From contig OZ260671.1 in NCBI GenBank assembly GCA_965240325.2, positions 31,031-95,030 on the forward strand: a stretch of 64,000 nt of DNA, given 5' to 3'. A model generated the notes under the pieces. It made no database searches, had not been told where the DNA came from, and saw only the letters and a program-made list of their open reading frames with translations. The translations under genes and the position numbers were made by a program. Positions 35,052 to 46,777 of this stretch are shown in pieces (the first letter of the stretch is position 1; each line of letters begins with the position of its first letter). This DNA comes from Rebecca billardiae RCC1528. Taxonomy: Eukaryota > Protista > Haptophyta.

Positions 35052-35080
35052 TTGACGTAAACTAAATTTTCCAATACTAT
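35052..35080 (+). promoter_or_regulatory. Sigma70-type promoter of trnL(TAG)
   Basis: TTGACG-17 nt-TACTAT, 15 nt upstream of the tRNA. Confidence 0.7.
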
Positions 35081-35095
35081 TGAAGCATATCCAAA

Positions 35096-35178
35096 GCGGC
35101 TGTGGCGGAATTGGTAGACGCGCTAGATTTAGGTTCTAGTAAGCAACCCTTGTGAGAGTTCAAGTCTCTCCAGCCGTA
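35096..35178 (+). tRNA. trnL: tRNA-Leu(TAG)
   Basis: CTAGA-TTTAGGT-TCTAG arm; variable arm. Confidence 0.96.
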
Positions 35179-35256
35179 TAAAGAAGTTTATATTAAAAGA
35201 AATACTCTTAAAAAAAAAGCTAGACCGAAATATCAAATTTTATAAGTATGTACATA

Positions 35257-35328
35257 TGGGATGTACAGGATTTGAACCTGTGACCATCTGCTTGTAAGGC
35301 AGATGCTCTACCACTGAGCTAACATCCC
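35257..35328 (-). tRNA. trnV: tRNA-Val(TAC)
   Basis: Minus strand TCTGC-CTTACAA-GCAGA. Confidence 0.97.
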
Positions 35329-35357
35329 TATCTAGCTAATAGCTAAGCTATATAAAG

Positions 35358-35386
35358 ATTATGCATCCTTTTTAGGCAAATGTCAA
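35358..35386 (-). promoter_or_regulatory. Sigma70-type promoter of trnV
   Basis: Minus strand TTGACA-17 nt-CATAAT. Confidence 0.6.
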
Positions 35387-35449
35387 ATAAAAAAAAAGAG
35401 GCTTAAAAGAATAAGCCTCTTTGATGAAAAACATCAAGAAAAGTATTAA

Positions 35450-35650
35450 TTAACCAAGACTCTTCCAATCTACATCAACGTTATCAAGGATTAGTGATGA
35501 GTTGTAAATTTGTAAAATAATGATTAAGAACAGAGCAAACATGAACATGAAGAAAAGCATAATAGGAGCTGTTCCCCATCCTGGAGATACTTTTCCATAT
35601 TCAGAGTTTAGGGGTTTTAAAACATCCCCTAAGCGTGTACGTAGAGCCAT
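35450..35650 (-). CDS. psbH: Photosystem II subunit H
   Basis: [17 protein letters not shown]. Confidence 0.98.
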   Translation of the reverse strand: MALRTRLGDVLKPLNSEYGKVSPGWGTAPIMLFFMFMFALFLIIILQIYNSSLILDNVDVDWKSLG

Positions 35651-35748
35651 AAATCAATCTCGTTTTTAAAACTATAAATTTTATGCAATAAATCTTGCTT
35701 TTCTATATATAATAATTGGAAATATAGAAATTTTCTAAAGACATAACA

Positions 35749-35880
35749 ATGGAAACAGCAACAATATTAAGTATCTTTATATCAAGCCTACTTATAGGTA
35801 TTACTGGTTACTCCATCTATACATCTTTTGGACCAACCTCAAAGAACTTACGTGACCCATTTGAGGAGCACGAAGACTAA
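35749..35880 (+). CDS. psbN: PsbN (not in ORF track)
   Basis: Manual translation [43 protein letters not shown]; antisense between psbT and psbH. Confidence 0.98.
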   Translation: METATILSIFISSLLIGITGYSIYTSFGPTSKNLRDPFEEHED

Positions 35881-35925
35881 AAAAAGCAGAAATTAGCGAT
35901 AATTCACTAATTTCTGCTTTTTTTT
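35881..35925. terminator. Bidirectional hairpin between psbN and psbT
   Basis: AAAAAGCAGAAATTAG...CTAATTTCTGCTTTTT. Confidence 0.85.
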
Positions 35926-35933
35926 TTTTTTAT

Positions 35934-36032
35934 TTACTTCTTAGCAATTCTAGGTGGGTCTCTAAAGAAAATAGCAAAGAAAATCACAACTAAAGTTCCG
36001 ATTAATAAAGTCGAGTATACGATTGCTTCCAC
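35934..36032 (-). CDS. psbT: Photosystem II subunit T, GTG start (not in ORF track)
   Basis: Manual translation (M)[31 protein letters not shown]; AGGAGA Shine-Dalgarno upstream. Confidence 0.97.
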   Translation of the reverse strand: MEAIVYSTLLIGTLVVIFFAIFFRDPPRIAKK

Positions 36033-36066
36033 AGGTTATCTCCTAAAATACAAATGTAGATAAAAA

Positions 36067-37596
36067 TTAAACAATACCTTGCTTTTTAGTAGTCTTATCA
36101 CCTAGTTTTTGGAAAGCACCAAATTCTACTTGCTCAACAACCTCAGCACCAATACCAGTGAATACATCACGGAATAATGTACGTCCACCGTGCCATAAGT
36201 GACCTAGGAAGAAGATTAAAGCGAAGTTCGCGTGCCCAAAAGTGTACCAACCACGTGGACTACTTCTAAATACACCATCAGATTCTAAAGTAGTTCTATC
36301 AAACTCAAAAACTTCTCCAAGTTGAGCTTTACGAGCATACTTCTTAACAGTAGGTGCATCTTTAAATACTTGGCCGTTTAATTTACCACCATAGAAACTT
36401 ACAGTAACTCCTACTTGCTCAATACTGTACTTAGATTCAGCACGACGGAATGGGATATCTGCACGAACAACACCATCTTTATCTACAAGAATTACTGGGA
36501 ATGTCTCGAAGAAAGCTGGCATACGACGAACAGTAAGCTCTCGACCGTCTTTATCTTGGAATACAGCATGTCCTAGCCATGCTTCTGCAATACCATCACC
36601 TTTGTTCATAGGGCCTGCACGGAATAGACCACCCTTAGCTGGGTTGTTTCCGATGTAGTCATAGAACGCTAGTTTATCTGGAATTGAAGACCATGCCTCT
36701 GTTAGCGACTTACCTTGACCTAATGAAGACTCAACACGTCTTTCAATTTCTTGTTGGAAGTAACCACTATCCCATTGATAACGAGTAGGACCGAATAGTT
36801 CTACTGGAGTAGTAGCACTACCGTACCACATAGTCCCTGAAGTAACGAAAGCAGCCCAGAATACAGCAGCAATACTACTAGAAAGAACTGTTTCAATATT
36901 ACCCATACGTAAAGCACGGTAAAGTCTTTGTGCTGGACGAACTGTTAAGTGGAAAACTCCTGCAAGGAAACCAAACGCACCTGCTGCAATGTGGTGAGAA
37001 GCAACACCGCCTGGGTTAAATGGGTTGAAACCTTCAGGTCCCCAAGCTGGAGCTACTGGTTGTACTTTACCAGAAATACCAAAAGCATCGGAAACCCAGA
37101 TACCTGGCCCGAAAAGACCAGTACAGTGGAATGCACCAAAACCGAAACATAGTGTTCCAGCAAGGAATAGGTGGATACCGAAGATTTTAGGTAAGTCTAA
37201 TGCAGGCTCACCAGTACGCTCGTCGCGGAAAAGGTCTAGATCCCAGTAAACCCAGTGCCAAATAGCAGCAAGGAAACAAAGACCAGAAAGAATAATGTGT
37301 GAAATTGCTACACCTTCAAAACTCCAAATACCTGGGTTTGAAACACTTTCACCCGTAATACTCCAACCAGCCCAAGAATCTGTAACACCAATTCTAGACA
37401 TGAAAGGCATAACGAACATACCCTGTCTCCACATAGGATTTAGAACAGGGTCTGAAGGATCAAAAACTGCTAGTTCATATAAAGCCATTGATCCAGCCCA
37501 ACCAGAAACAAGAGCTGTGTGCATTAAGTGAACCGAAAGAAGTCGACCCGGATCATTAAGAACAACTGTGTGAACTCGATACCAAGGTAACGCCAT
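36067..37596 (-). CDS. psbB: Photosystem II CP47
   Basis: [19 protein letters not shown]. Confidence 0.99.
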   Translation of the reverse strand: MALPWYRVHTVVLNDPGRLLSVHLMHTALVSGWAGSMALYELAVFDPSDPVLNPMWRQGMFVMPFMSRIGVTDSWAGWSITGESVSNPGIWSFEGVAISHIILSGLCFLAAIWHWVYWDLDLFRDERTGEPALDLPKIFGIHLFLAGTLCFGFGAFHCTGLFGPGIWVSDAFGISGKVQPVAPAWGPEGFNPFNPGGVASHHIAAGAFGFLAGVFHLTVRPAQRLYRALRMGNIETVLSSSIAAVFWAAFVTSGTMWYGSATTPVELFGPTRYQWDSGYFQQEIERRVESSLGQGKSLTEAWSSIPDKLAFYDYIGNNPAKGGLFRAGPMNKGDGIAEAWLGHAVFQDKDGRELTVRRMPAFFETFPVILVDKDGVVRADIPFRRAESKYSIEQVGVTVSFYGGKLNGQVFKDAPTVKKYARKAQLGEVFEFDRTTLESDGVFRSSPRGWYTFGHANFALIFFLGHLWHGGRTLFRDVFTGIGAEVVEQVEFGAFQKLGDKTTKKQGIV

Positions 37597-37800
37597 AAAA
37601 ATACTCCTAAAAATTTGTTTTTTATTTAGCTTTCTTACTTTAAATTACTAAATTCATACTCCATAGGAAAATCCTATGAGATATTACTAATATAGTAAAT
37701 ATTTGTATTTAATTATAATACACATTTTATGATTTGCATGACTTATATTAAATTTATTCAAACTTAACAAATAAAAAATATACGGTCTTATAAAAAAAAA

Positions 37801-37828
37801 CACTTGAGTAGAAAAATCTACCCAAGTG
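37801..37828 (-). terminator. Hairpin after rbcS
   Basis: CACTTGAGTAGA-aaaa-TCTACCCAAGTG with adjacent A-run (U-run on minus strand). Confidence 0.8.
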
Positions 37829-37837
37829 CGATAAAGC

Positions 37838-38257
37838 TTAGTAACGCTCGTTCTCTGGCTTAGCAACAGCAGCGTAAGACTCAATTGTGTAAGCAATACG
37901 ACGTCCTTCCATTTCTTGACGCACAAGACGGAATCCAGGCTCGTTAGCAGGACGGTTTGCAATAAATGAAAGTGAAGAAGACTCAACACCACGACTGTTG
38001 TCGAAAGCAGTAATCTTTACGTAGTAGTTAGGCTTAGCCTTCTTACAAGCGTTGATTTCGAAAACAACTGCAGCAGTATCTTTCATATCGAAAAGTGGAA
38101 GACCCCACATTTCCCAGTAAGCGTTACGAGGGTGTGGATCATCAGTGTACTCGATAGATATAGCCCATCCTTTGTTCATAGCGAACTGAACTTGCTTTGT
38201 GATTTGATCATCAGTTAAATCAGGAAGAAATGAAAAAGATCCCTGTGTTAGTCTCAT
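37838..38257 (-). CDS. rbcS: Rubisco small subunit, red type (form ID)
   Basis: MRLTQGSFSFLPDLTD, TDDPHPRNAYWEMWGLP; red-type C-terminal extension. Confidence 0.99.
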   Translation of the reverse strand: MRLTQGSFSFLPDLTDDQITKQVQFAMNKGWAISIEYTDDPHPRNAYWEMWGLPLFDMKDTAAVVFEINACKKAKPNYYVKITAFDNSRGVESSSLSFIANRPANEPGFRLVRQEMEGRRIAYTIESYAAVAKPENERY

Positions 38258-38354
38258 TTGAATGCTCCGTGGTTAAAAAAGTTTTTTTTTAGGTTATAAA
38301 ACTTCCTTAAATTAATATTTAAGGAAGTAATATTGTCTTTTAGTCTTTTAGATA

Positions 38355-39830
<1,476 letters not shown>

Positions 39831-40004
39831 CTAGATTTAATTAGGTAAAAGTTATTTTTTTTTTATGCCAGGATTGGCTTTATCTGATATCTTCTATTTA
39901 TCACCAAATACTAATACAGTTTTTATTACGTTTTTTATATTTAATATTAGTTTTATTAATGTATTGGAAAAATTATATAGAATAACAGGGAAAATAAAAA
40001 AAAA

Positions 40005-40027
40005 TTAGGTAGAAAGAATCTACCTAA
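40005..40027 (-). terminator. Hairpin overlapping the rps5 stop codon
   Basis: TTAGGTAGA-aagaa-TCTACCTAA with adjacent A-run. Confidence 0.75.
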
Positions 40028-40491
40028 CTTCTTAAATTTGAAAGTGCATCAAGCGTAGCTCGCGCATTATTCAATAAATTGTTTGAGCCCATTTGCTTAG
40101 ATAATATATTCTGTATACCAGCCAATTCTAAAACAGTACGGATAGAACCACCAGCACGTACACCAGAACCTGCAATAGACGGACTTATAAAGACTTTAGC
40201 AGCACCAGCTCTTCCATCAACATGATGAGGGATTGAAAAATCTTTTGTAATTGGTACAAAAACTAAATGTTTTTTTCCATCAGTGATAGCTTTTTTAACA
40301 GCATTAACAACATCTGTTGCTTTACCAACACCAACACCAACCTGACCATTTTCATTACCAATAACAACTAAAGCACGGAAACTAAGTTTTTTTCCACCTT
40401 TAACTACTTTTGTTACACGGCTAACTTGTACAACTCTTTCTTGCCACTGTGTATCTTTTTGATTAGCGACTGCACTTTTACGACGAACCAT
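40024..40491 (-). CDS. rps5: 30S ribosomal protein S5 (short C-terminus)
   Basis: [29 protein letters not shown]. Confidence 0.98.
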   Translation of the reverse strand: MVRRKSAVANQKDTQWQERVVQVSRVTKVVKGGKKLSFRALVVIGNENGQVGVGVGKATDVVNAVKKAITDGKKHLVFVPITKDFSIPHHVDGRAGAAKVFISPSIAGSGVRAGGSIRTVLELAGIQNILSKQMGSNNLLNNARATLDALSNLRS

Positions 40492-40543
40492 AGGAATTAA
40501 TTTTTTAAAAAATAAGAAAAAGTATAATTATTTAAACTGTTAT

Positions 40544-41080
40544 TTATTTACCACCTTTACCTACTTTACGGCGAACATATTCACCACGGTACTGAACACC
40601 TTTACCCTTATAAGGCTCTGGCGGTCTAGTCCCACGTATATTAGCAGCTAATTCACCAATAACATCTTTACGACTACCCTTAATATGAATAACGTTATTA
40701 CCTTCTAATGAGAAAGTAACACCTTCTGGAGGGCTGAAAGTAATTGAATGGCTATAACCAACGAAAAGAACAAGATCTTTACCATTCATTTGTGCTCGAT
40801 AACCAACACCAACAATATCGAGCGTTCGAGTAAAGCCTTCTGAAATTCCGATAATAGAATTTGAAATTAGAGTGCGTGTCAGGCCATAAAGGCTTAAACT
40901 GTCTTTATTTACAGTATCAAGCTCTAGCGTAAGTTCTCCATCATTGATCGAAGGAGTAATTGAACTTGGCATTGGTATTTCATGCTTTTCATTAGATTTA
41001 CTAATTGAAACAAGATTATCTGCAAATTCAACCTTGACATCAGAAGGTATTTTTATGGGTAATTTTCCAATACGAGACAT
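40544..41080 (-). CDS. rpl6: 50S ribosomal protein L6
   Basis: MSRIGKLPI, RPPEPYKGKG. Confidence 0.99.
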   Translation of the reverse strand: MSRIGKLPIKIPSDVKVEFADNLVSISKSNEKHEIPMPSSITPSINDGELTLELDTVNKDSLSLYGLTRTLISNSIIGISEGFTRTLDIVGVGYRAQMNGKDLVLFVGYSHSITFSPPEGVTFSLEGNNVIHIKGSRKDVIGELAANIRGTRPPEPYKGKGVQYRGEYVRRKVGKGGK

Positions 41081-41093
41081 TTTTTTTATCCTT

Positions 41094-41498
41094 TTACCAG
41101 ATGTAACATAAAACTTCTCCGCCTATTTTTTGGTTTTTAGCTTGACGATCAGTCATTAAACCCTTTGAGGTAGAGATAATTAAAGTTTTTGAATTAGTTG
41201 AAGCTGAGGGTAGCTCCGCATATGAACTATAAGAACGTAAACCGGGACGGCTAATACGTTGAATTTCTTTAATAATTGGATCTTTTGTACGATTACGCTT
41301 GTATTTTAATGAAATTAAAATATACTTAGCTTTATTAGCTAATTCTGCTTGGCGGTAGCTTAAGATAAAACCTTCGTCTAGAAGAATTTTTGCGATAGCC
41401 TCCGTCATTTTTGTTGAGCGAATCTTAACAATTTGGTGCTTCGCTTGACTAGCGTTACGTAATCGCGTAAGCATATCTGAAATAGTATCGTTAATCAC
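41094..41498 (-). CDS. rps8: 30S ribosomal protein S8 (GTG start)
   Basis: DTISDMLTRLRNA, ISRPGLR, IGGEVLCYIW. Confidence 0.98.
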   Translation of the reverse strand: MINDTISDMLTRLRNASQAKHQIVKIRSTKMTEAIAKILLDEGFILSYRQAELANKAKYILISLKYKRNRTKDPIIKEIQRISRPGLRSYSSYAELPSASTNSKTLIISTSKGLMTDRQAKNQKIGGEVLCYIW

Positions 41499-41520
41499 TG
41501 TGAACCCTTAAATATTCAAA

Positions 41521-42063
41521 TTATTTTTTAAAAGGTACACCTAGTACCTGAAGTAAAGCTAAACCTTCTTCATCTGTCTTAGCGGATGTAGTAATCGAGA
41601 TATTTAAACCTCGGATTTTGTCAATTTTATCGTAATCAATTTCTGGGAAAGTGGTTTGCTCCTCGAAACCTATATTAAAATTACCTCGGCCATCAAAACC
41701 AGAAGATTTATCAATACCTCTAAAATCTTTAATTCGAGGGAATGCTAAGTGAATAAGTTTATCTAGGAACGAATACATTGCGGTTTTGCGTAAAGTAACT
41801 TTGATCCCAATCGGAACATCTTGTCTTAACTTAAAACCAGCAATAGAAGTTTTTGATTGTGTGACAATAGGCGTTCGACCTAAAATTGTACCAAATTCTT
41901 CAACACTAAGGTCAATAGCTTTACTATTATTTAATGCTTCACCAAGGCCACGGCTAACAGTAATTTTTGTTACTTTTGGTACCTGGTGTAAATTTTTATA
42001 ATTAAATTGCTTACTTAAAATATCAGGGACGTCAGTTTTTGCAATTTCTGAGCAACTTTTCAT
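41521..42063 (-). CDS. rpl5: 50S ribosomal protein L5
   Basis: PRIKDFRG, FDGRGNF, FPEIDYD. Confidence 0.98.
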   Translation of the reverse strand: MKSCSEIAKTDVPDILSKQFNYKNLHQVPKVTKITVSRGLGEALNNSKAIDLSVEEFGTILGRTPIVTQSKTSIAGFKLRQDVPIGIKVTLRKTAMYSFLDKLIHLAFPRIKDFRGIDKSSGFDGRGNFNIGFEEQTTFPEIDYDKIDKIRGLNISITTSAKTDEEGLALLQVLGVPFKK

Positions 42064-42080
42064 AATCTAAACGTAAATTT

Positions 42081-42446
42081 TTAAACAACCTCAGGCGCTA
42101 ATGATATGATTTTTGCAAAACCTTTTTCACGCAATTCGCGTGCAATAGGACCAAAAACCCTAGTACCTCGAGGATTATTTTCTTTGTTAATGATAACAGC
42201 GGCATTATCATCAAAACGAACAGCTAAACCGTCAGGGCGCTGAATTACTTTTTTCGTACGAACTACAACAGCTCGGACAATGTCAGAGCGTTTAACATTC
42301 ATGTTCGGTGTAGCTGTTTTAACAACACCGATAATAACATCGCCGGTTTTTGCAATTTTTCTAGCAGAACCTAAAATACGAATACATAATATAGTTTTCG
42401 CACCGCTATTGTCTGCAACATTTAAATAAGTTTGTACTTGTACCAT
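42081..42446 (-). CDS. rpl14: 50S ribosomal protein L14
   Basis: [22 protein letters not shown]. Confidence 0.99.
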   Translation of the reverse strand: MVQVQTYLNVADNSGAKTILCIRILGSARKIAKTGDVIIGVVKTATPNMNVKRSDIVRAVVVRTKKVIQRPDGLAVRFDDNAAVIINKENNPRGTRVFGPIARELREKGFAKIISLAPEVV

Positions 42447-42461
42447 CTATAAGAGAATCCC

Positions 42462-42722
42462 TTAAACTAAACTACTCTTTGACGACTGTGAAAGAATAGA
42501 TTTTAAAACCCATCTTTTATTTTTACTTGTAGGTCGCGTTTCACTAATGATCACGCGGTCTCCAACTTTACAGTTATTGTCTAAATCAGTGGCTAAATAA
42601 TTTTTACTAACACTAATAACTTTACGAAATTTTTTATGAGCAACGCGGCGTTGGACTGAAACAGTAATAGTTTTTTCCTGTTTATCAGAAACAACAACTC
42701 CCGTTCTTTCTTTTGTAACCAT
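42462..42722 (-). CDS. rps17: 30S ribosomal protein S17
   Basis: GVVVSDKQEKTITV, ETRPTSKNKRW. Confidence 0.97.
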   Translation of the reverse strand: MVTKERTGVVVSDKQEKTITVSVQRRVAHKKFRKVISVSKNYLATDLDNNCKVGDRVIISETRPTSKNKRWVLKSILSQSSKSSLV

Positions 42723-42748
42723 AAGGTCTCCGATAATTACTGAATTAT

Positions 42749-43159
42749 TTACATTTCACGAGACACGAAGCGTGTCTTTATAGGTAATTTATAAGCTGCA
42801 TTACGTAATGCATTGTAAGCAACTTGCTTCGAAACACCATTCATTTCGAATAAAATTTTACCAGGTTTTATTACACAAACCCAATATTCAGGAGTACCTT
42901 TACCTGAACCCATACGTGATTCGGCAGCACGCTCAGTAATAGGCTTGTCAGGGAAAACACGAATCCATAATTTTCCAGTACGTTTAACGAATCTCGTGAT
43001 TGTTCGGCGGGTAGCCTCGATTTGTCTAGATGTTAACCAAACAGGCTCTAAAGCCTGAAGACCAAAATCCCCAAAGCTTAACTTATTTCCACGACAAGCT
43101 GTACCTTTTAAACGACCTCTATGTTGTTTACGATACTTAACTCTTTTAGGACTTAACAT
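42749..43159 (-). CDS. rpl16: 50S ribosomal protein L16 (start corrected to MLSPKR)
   Basis: [22 protein letters not shown]. Confidence 0.98.
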   Translation of the reverse strand: MLSPKRVKYRKQHRGRLKGTACRGNKLSFGDFGLQALEPVWLTSRQIEATRRTITRFVKRTGKLWIRVFPDKPITERAAESRMGSGKGTPEYWVCVIKPGKILFEMNGVSKQVAYNALRNAAYKLPIKTRFVSREM

Positions 43160-43228
43160 GTGACTAATAATTAATTTATAAAATATTGCTTTATTAGATA
43201 TAAAAAGCAAGATGAAGGTTTGAAATTA

Positions 43229-43897
43229 CTAAACGGTAGCCGACTCAAAGCGGCCAAAGTTTTTAGTAGATACAAGATCCTTAAAGACCCAAACTTTAAC
43301 ACCAAGAATTCCATACATAGTAGGTGCTTTAACAGAAGCGTAGTCTATATCTGCACGTAATGTTTGAAGAGGAACTCGGCCTTCACGAAGCCACTCAACA
43401 CGAGCAATTTCTGCACCATTTAAGCGTCCACCAACCTGGATTTTAACTCCTTTAACAACCGAAAGAGGGACTTTAGTTAAAGCTTGGCGTACTGCCTTTC
43501 TAAAAGCTACACGTTTACTTAATTGTTGAGTAATTGATTGAGCAATAAGTTGCGCATCAGCCTCCGGGTTTTGTACTTCGATAATATTAATTCGAATAAC
43601 TTGAGAAGTCTTTGTAATTTTTTTAATGTAAGACTTTATTTCATTTAGAGACTCACTGCCTCGGCCAAATAGTAAGCCAGGCTTTGCTGTATGTAAAAAA
43701 ATTTCAACTTGTATTGGAGTTCTATGGATTATAACTTTTGCTAAACCACAATCATATAATTTAGTTTCTATTGCTTGGCGTATAATGAAATCTTCTTTCA
43801 ATGAAGAAACATAATCAAACTTATTAGTGAACCAAGCACTCTTATGAGATTGACTAATACCAAGCCTAAAGCCCGAAGGATGTACTTTTTGACCCAT
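43229..43897 (-). CDS. rps3: 30S ribosomal protein S3
   Basis: [27 protein letters not shown]. Confidence 0.99.
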   Translation of the reverse strand: MGQKVHPSGFRLGISQSHKSAWFTNKFDYVSSLKEDFIIRQAIETKLYDCGLAKVIIHRTPIQVEIFLHTAKPGLLFGRGSESLNEIKSYIKKITKTSQVIRINIIEVQNPEADAQLIAQSITQQLSKRVAFRKAVRQALTKVPLSVVKGVKIQVGGRLNGAEIARVEWLREGRVPLQTLRADIDYASVKAPTMYGILGVKVWVFKDLVSTKNFGRFESATV

Positions 43898-43939
43898 TTA
43901 GGTTTTCATTCCATTAATTAAATTTAAAAATCCACGATT

Positions 43940-44308
43940 TTACTTTACCGAAGAAAGTCGAAGCGTGATATGGCATGTAGGTTTATGTATTCTGAAACCT
44001 CTACCCTGAGCACGCGGTCGGAAGCGTTTTAAAACTGGCCCTTTATCAACATAGGCTTCTTTTAAAACAAGATCCTTTTTTGAGATGTTGTATTTAACTT
44101 TTGCATTAGCTGCTGCAGAAACTAAAACTTTATAGATAGGATCGCAACTTTTATACGGCATAAATTTTAGAATCTTGCTTGCCTGAGCAAAATCTTTTCC
44201 TCGGATCTGGTTCAACACACGTTGAACCTTTGTAGGAGACATACGAACAAATCGTGCAGTAGCTCCCACTTCTTTTTTATTATCAAATACTTGATCTATC
44301 GAACTCAT
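43940..44308 (-). CDS. rpl22: 50S ribosomal protein L22
   Basis: KRFRPRAQGRG...TCHIT. Confidence 0.98.
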   Translation of the reverse strand: MSSIDQVFDNKKEVGATARFVRMSPTKVQRVLNQIRGKDFAQASKILKFMPYKSCDPIYKVLVSAAANAKVKYNISKKDLVLKEAYVDKGPVLKRFRPRAQGRGFRIHKPTCHITLRLSSVK

Positions 44309-44332
44309 AACGGCTTTAAAAATGAATAAATG

Positions 44333-44608
44333 TTATCTTTTTACTTTTTTATCTTTTTTATGAGATTTAAAAGTACGAGTAGGTGAGAATTCACCTAATT
44401 TATGACCAACCATTTGGTCTGAAACATAAACAGGTATATGTGAACGACCATTATAAACAGCAATAGTATGACCAATCATTGAAGGCATAATAACAGAAGA
44501 ACGTGACCATGTTTTTACCATATCCTTCTTACCGCCTTCATTAAGAGATTGGATTTTTTTAGCAAGGTGTGCAGCCACAAAAGGACCTTTTTTTGCTGAA
44601 CGACTCAT
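44333..44608 (-). CDS. rps19: 30S ribosomal protein S19
   Basis: [20 protein letters not shown]. Confidence 0.99.
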   Translation of the reverse strand: MSRSAKKGPFVAAHLAKKIQSLNEGGKKDMVKTWSRSSVIMPSMIGHTIAVYNGRSHIPVYVSDQMVGHKLGEFSPTRTFKSHKKDKKVKR

Positions 44609-44644
44609 AAATTTATCTAATCTTAACTAAAAATTAATTGGGAT

Positions 44645-45478
44645 TTAACGAGAGCGGTGACGTAAGATATAATCTTCACTCTTCTTTTTATTTCGGCGAG
44701 TTTTGACACCTAAAGCTACTTTACCCCATGGTGTTACAGGTCGGGCACGTCCGATAGGAGAACGTCCTTCACCACCACCGTGTGGGTGGTCTACAGGGTT
44801 CATAACAACACCACGTACGGTAGGTCTTCGGCCCAGCCAACGCTTACATCCAGCTTTACCATAGACACGTTGGTTTACTTCAACGTTACCTACTTGGCCT
44901 ATTGTTGCTAAACATTGTTCTGGGATTAGGCGGACCTCTGTTGACGGTAGCTTTAACGTTGCAAAACCACCTTCTTTCGCAATGATTTGAGCACCTGCAC
45001 CTGCAGCACGAGCGATTTTACCACCTTGATTAGGGATAAGTTCAACATTATGCACAAATGAACCTAATGGAATAGAAGAAAGTGGTAATGTATTACCCAC
45101 TTCAATAGGTGCACTGTCTTTTGACCAAAGGATGGCCCCTTTTTCTAAGTATCTTGGAGAGAGAATGTATTTTTTCTCACCGTTTTCATAGTGTAGTAAA
45201 GCAATATGAGCATTACGGTTCGGGTCATATTCAAAAGAAGCTACGCGCGCTGGAACATCGCTCATAGATCTCTTAAAATCAACAATACGATATCTCTGTT
45301 TGTGCCCACCACCTAAATGTCTTACTGTAATACGACCAAAGTTATTACGCCCTTTACAAGAGTGAAGTTTTCCAGTAGTTAATTTTCGCTGAGGCTTTAC
45401 TTTACTAAGACCAGCAAAACTAATTGTTGCTTTATTCCTTGTTCCTGGACTACAAGGCTTTGCTATTTTAATAACCAT
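44645..45478 (-). CDS. rpl2: 50S ribosomal protein L2
   Basis: EYDPNRNA, MNPVDHPHGGGEGR. Confidence 0.99.
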   Translation of the reverse strand: MVIKIAKPCSPGTRNKATISFAGLSKVKPQRKLTTGKLHSCKGRNNFGRITVRHLGGGHKQRYRIVDFKRSMSDVPARVASFEYDPNRNAHIALLHYENGEKKYILSPRYLEKGAILWSKDSAPIEVGNTLPLSSIPLGSFVHNVELIPNQGGKIARAAGAGAQIIAKEGGFATLKLPSTEVRLIPEQCLATIGQVGNVEVNQRVYGKAGCKRWLGRRPTVRGVVMNPVDHPHGGGEGRSPIGRARPVTPWGKVALGVKTRRNKKKSEDYILRHRSR

Positions 45479-45529
45479 AAATAATTTCTTAAAAGCTAAG
45501 GTGTTTATGAGAAATAAACCAAATAGTAT

Positions 45530-45832
45530 CTATTCTTCAGGGAACAGTTGTATCTTTTGGTTTGCTTCAAGAGTAATGATAGCCTTTTTAAAGCGAGACT
45601 GATTACCAATAAAACGACCGATTCGTCTAGTTTTTACTGGTAAATTAATAGTATTTACTTTCTTTATTTTCACATTGAAAAGCTTTTCAAGTGCAAGCTT
45701 AATTTCAGGTTTTTTAGCTTTTGGGCTAACTAAAAAACTGTACTGATTATTATTAATCAAACCAACAGTCTTATCACTTAAAAGAGGCTTTTTGATAATT
45801 TCTGTATCTATTTGCATTTTCTTTGTTTCCAA
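45530..45832 (-). CDS. rpl23: 50S ribosomal protein L23 (start TTG 45832 or ATG 45817)
   Basis: KPEIKLALEKLFNVK, KKAIITL; position in operon. Confidence 0.95.
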   Translation of the reverse strand: METKKMQIDTEIIKKPLLSDKTVGLINNNQYSFLVSPKAKKPEIKLALEKLFNVKIKKVNTINLPVKTRRIGRFIGNQSRFKKAIITLEANQKIQLFPEE

Positions 45833-45852
45833 AAATTTTTGCTTGTTAAAAA

Positions 45853-46446
45853 CTAAGCAATTTTTACTAAATTACCTCTCTTACCAGGTACAGAACCTTT
45901 TAAAACTAGTAAATTGTTTTCGATATCAATATCAACAACTTGTAAATTTTTAATAGTAACTGTATTACCACCTAAACGACCAGGCATTTTTTTACCTGGA
46001 AAAACACGACCTGGTGTTGCACAAGCACCAATAGAACCAGGAGCTCTATGGTTTTTTGAACCGTGAGCCATAGGTCCACGACCGAAATGGTGGCGCTTAA
46101 TAGTACCTGCAAAACCTTTACCAATAGATTTTGATGTAACTTGAACGGTTTGGCCAATTTCAAATTGTTCAACAGTAATTAATTGACCAACTTCATACTC
46201 TTCAGTGGAAGTAACACGAAATTCTTTTAAGTACTTTAGTGGCGTAACTTGTAACTTTTCAAAATATTTTTTCTTTGAATGGCTTAAAGCTTTCTCTGGG
46301 ATTTCTTTATACCCAAGCTGTACAGCACTATAATCTTTTAACAATTGTGTGACATGGCATGGGCCTGCACTTAAAACTGTAACAGGAACACGCGAGCCAG
46401 TATCATCAAAAATCTGGGTCATCCCCAGTTTGCTACCTAACATCAT
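45853..46446 (-). CDS. rpl3: 50S ribosomal protein L3
   Basis: KLGMTQIF, GPMAHGSKNHRAPGSIG. Confidence 0.99.
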   Translation of the reverse strand: MMLGSKLGMTQIFDDTGSRVPVTVLSAGPCHVTQLLKDYSAVQLGYKEIPEKALSHSKKKYFEKLQVTPLKYLKEFRVTSTEEYEVGQLITVEQFEIGQTVQVTSKSIGKGFAGTIKRHHFGRGPMAHGSKNHRAPGSIGACATPGRVFPGKKMPGRLGGNTVTIKNLQVVDIDIENNLLVLKGSVPGKRGNLVKIA

Positions 46447-46777
46447 AAGGGATAAATTTCTTTTTTTTTTTAGGCTTAACTCTTAAAAATAACTTCTCGA
46501 ACGCAAATACTTGATATAAAAACCTGAAAAATGAATTGATTTTTAACCCAACTAAAAGGACGAAAGAATTAAAGTTCTGTTCGTAGTTGAAAGCTGGAAA
46601 AACTAAAATTATGGGAATTTGTTATATATTCTCAGTACTCAATAAAGTATTCTTATATCAAATAAAAAACAAGGCGAGATTAATTAATTTTTACGAAAAG
46701 GAATGCCTGTATAACTAGATCGTAACTTAAAAAGACCTTTTTGTCTAGACATTCCTTAGAGTTTTGAAAAAACAGCT

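Noticed and set aside
39884-39905. TGATA-N9-TATCA upstream of rbcL as an RbcR (LysR) box
   Set aside because: Spacing does not match the ATA-N7-TAT form, and such short AT palindromes are expected by chance here.
46447-46777. Spacer as RNase P RNA (rnpB) or SRP RNA (ffs)
   Set aside because: No GAGGAAAGUCC-type P4 motif or SRP domain IV motif was visible on either strand; kept only as an unclassified structured leader.
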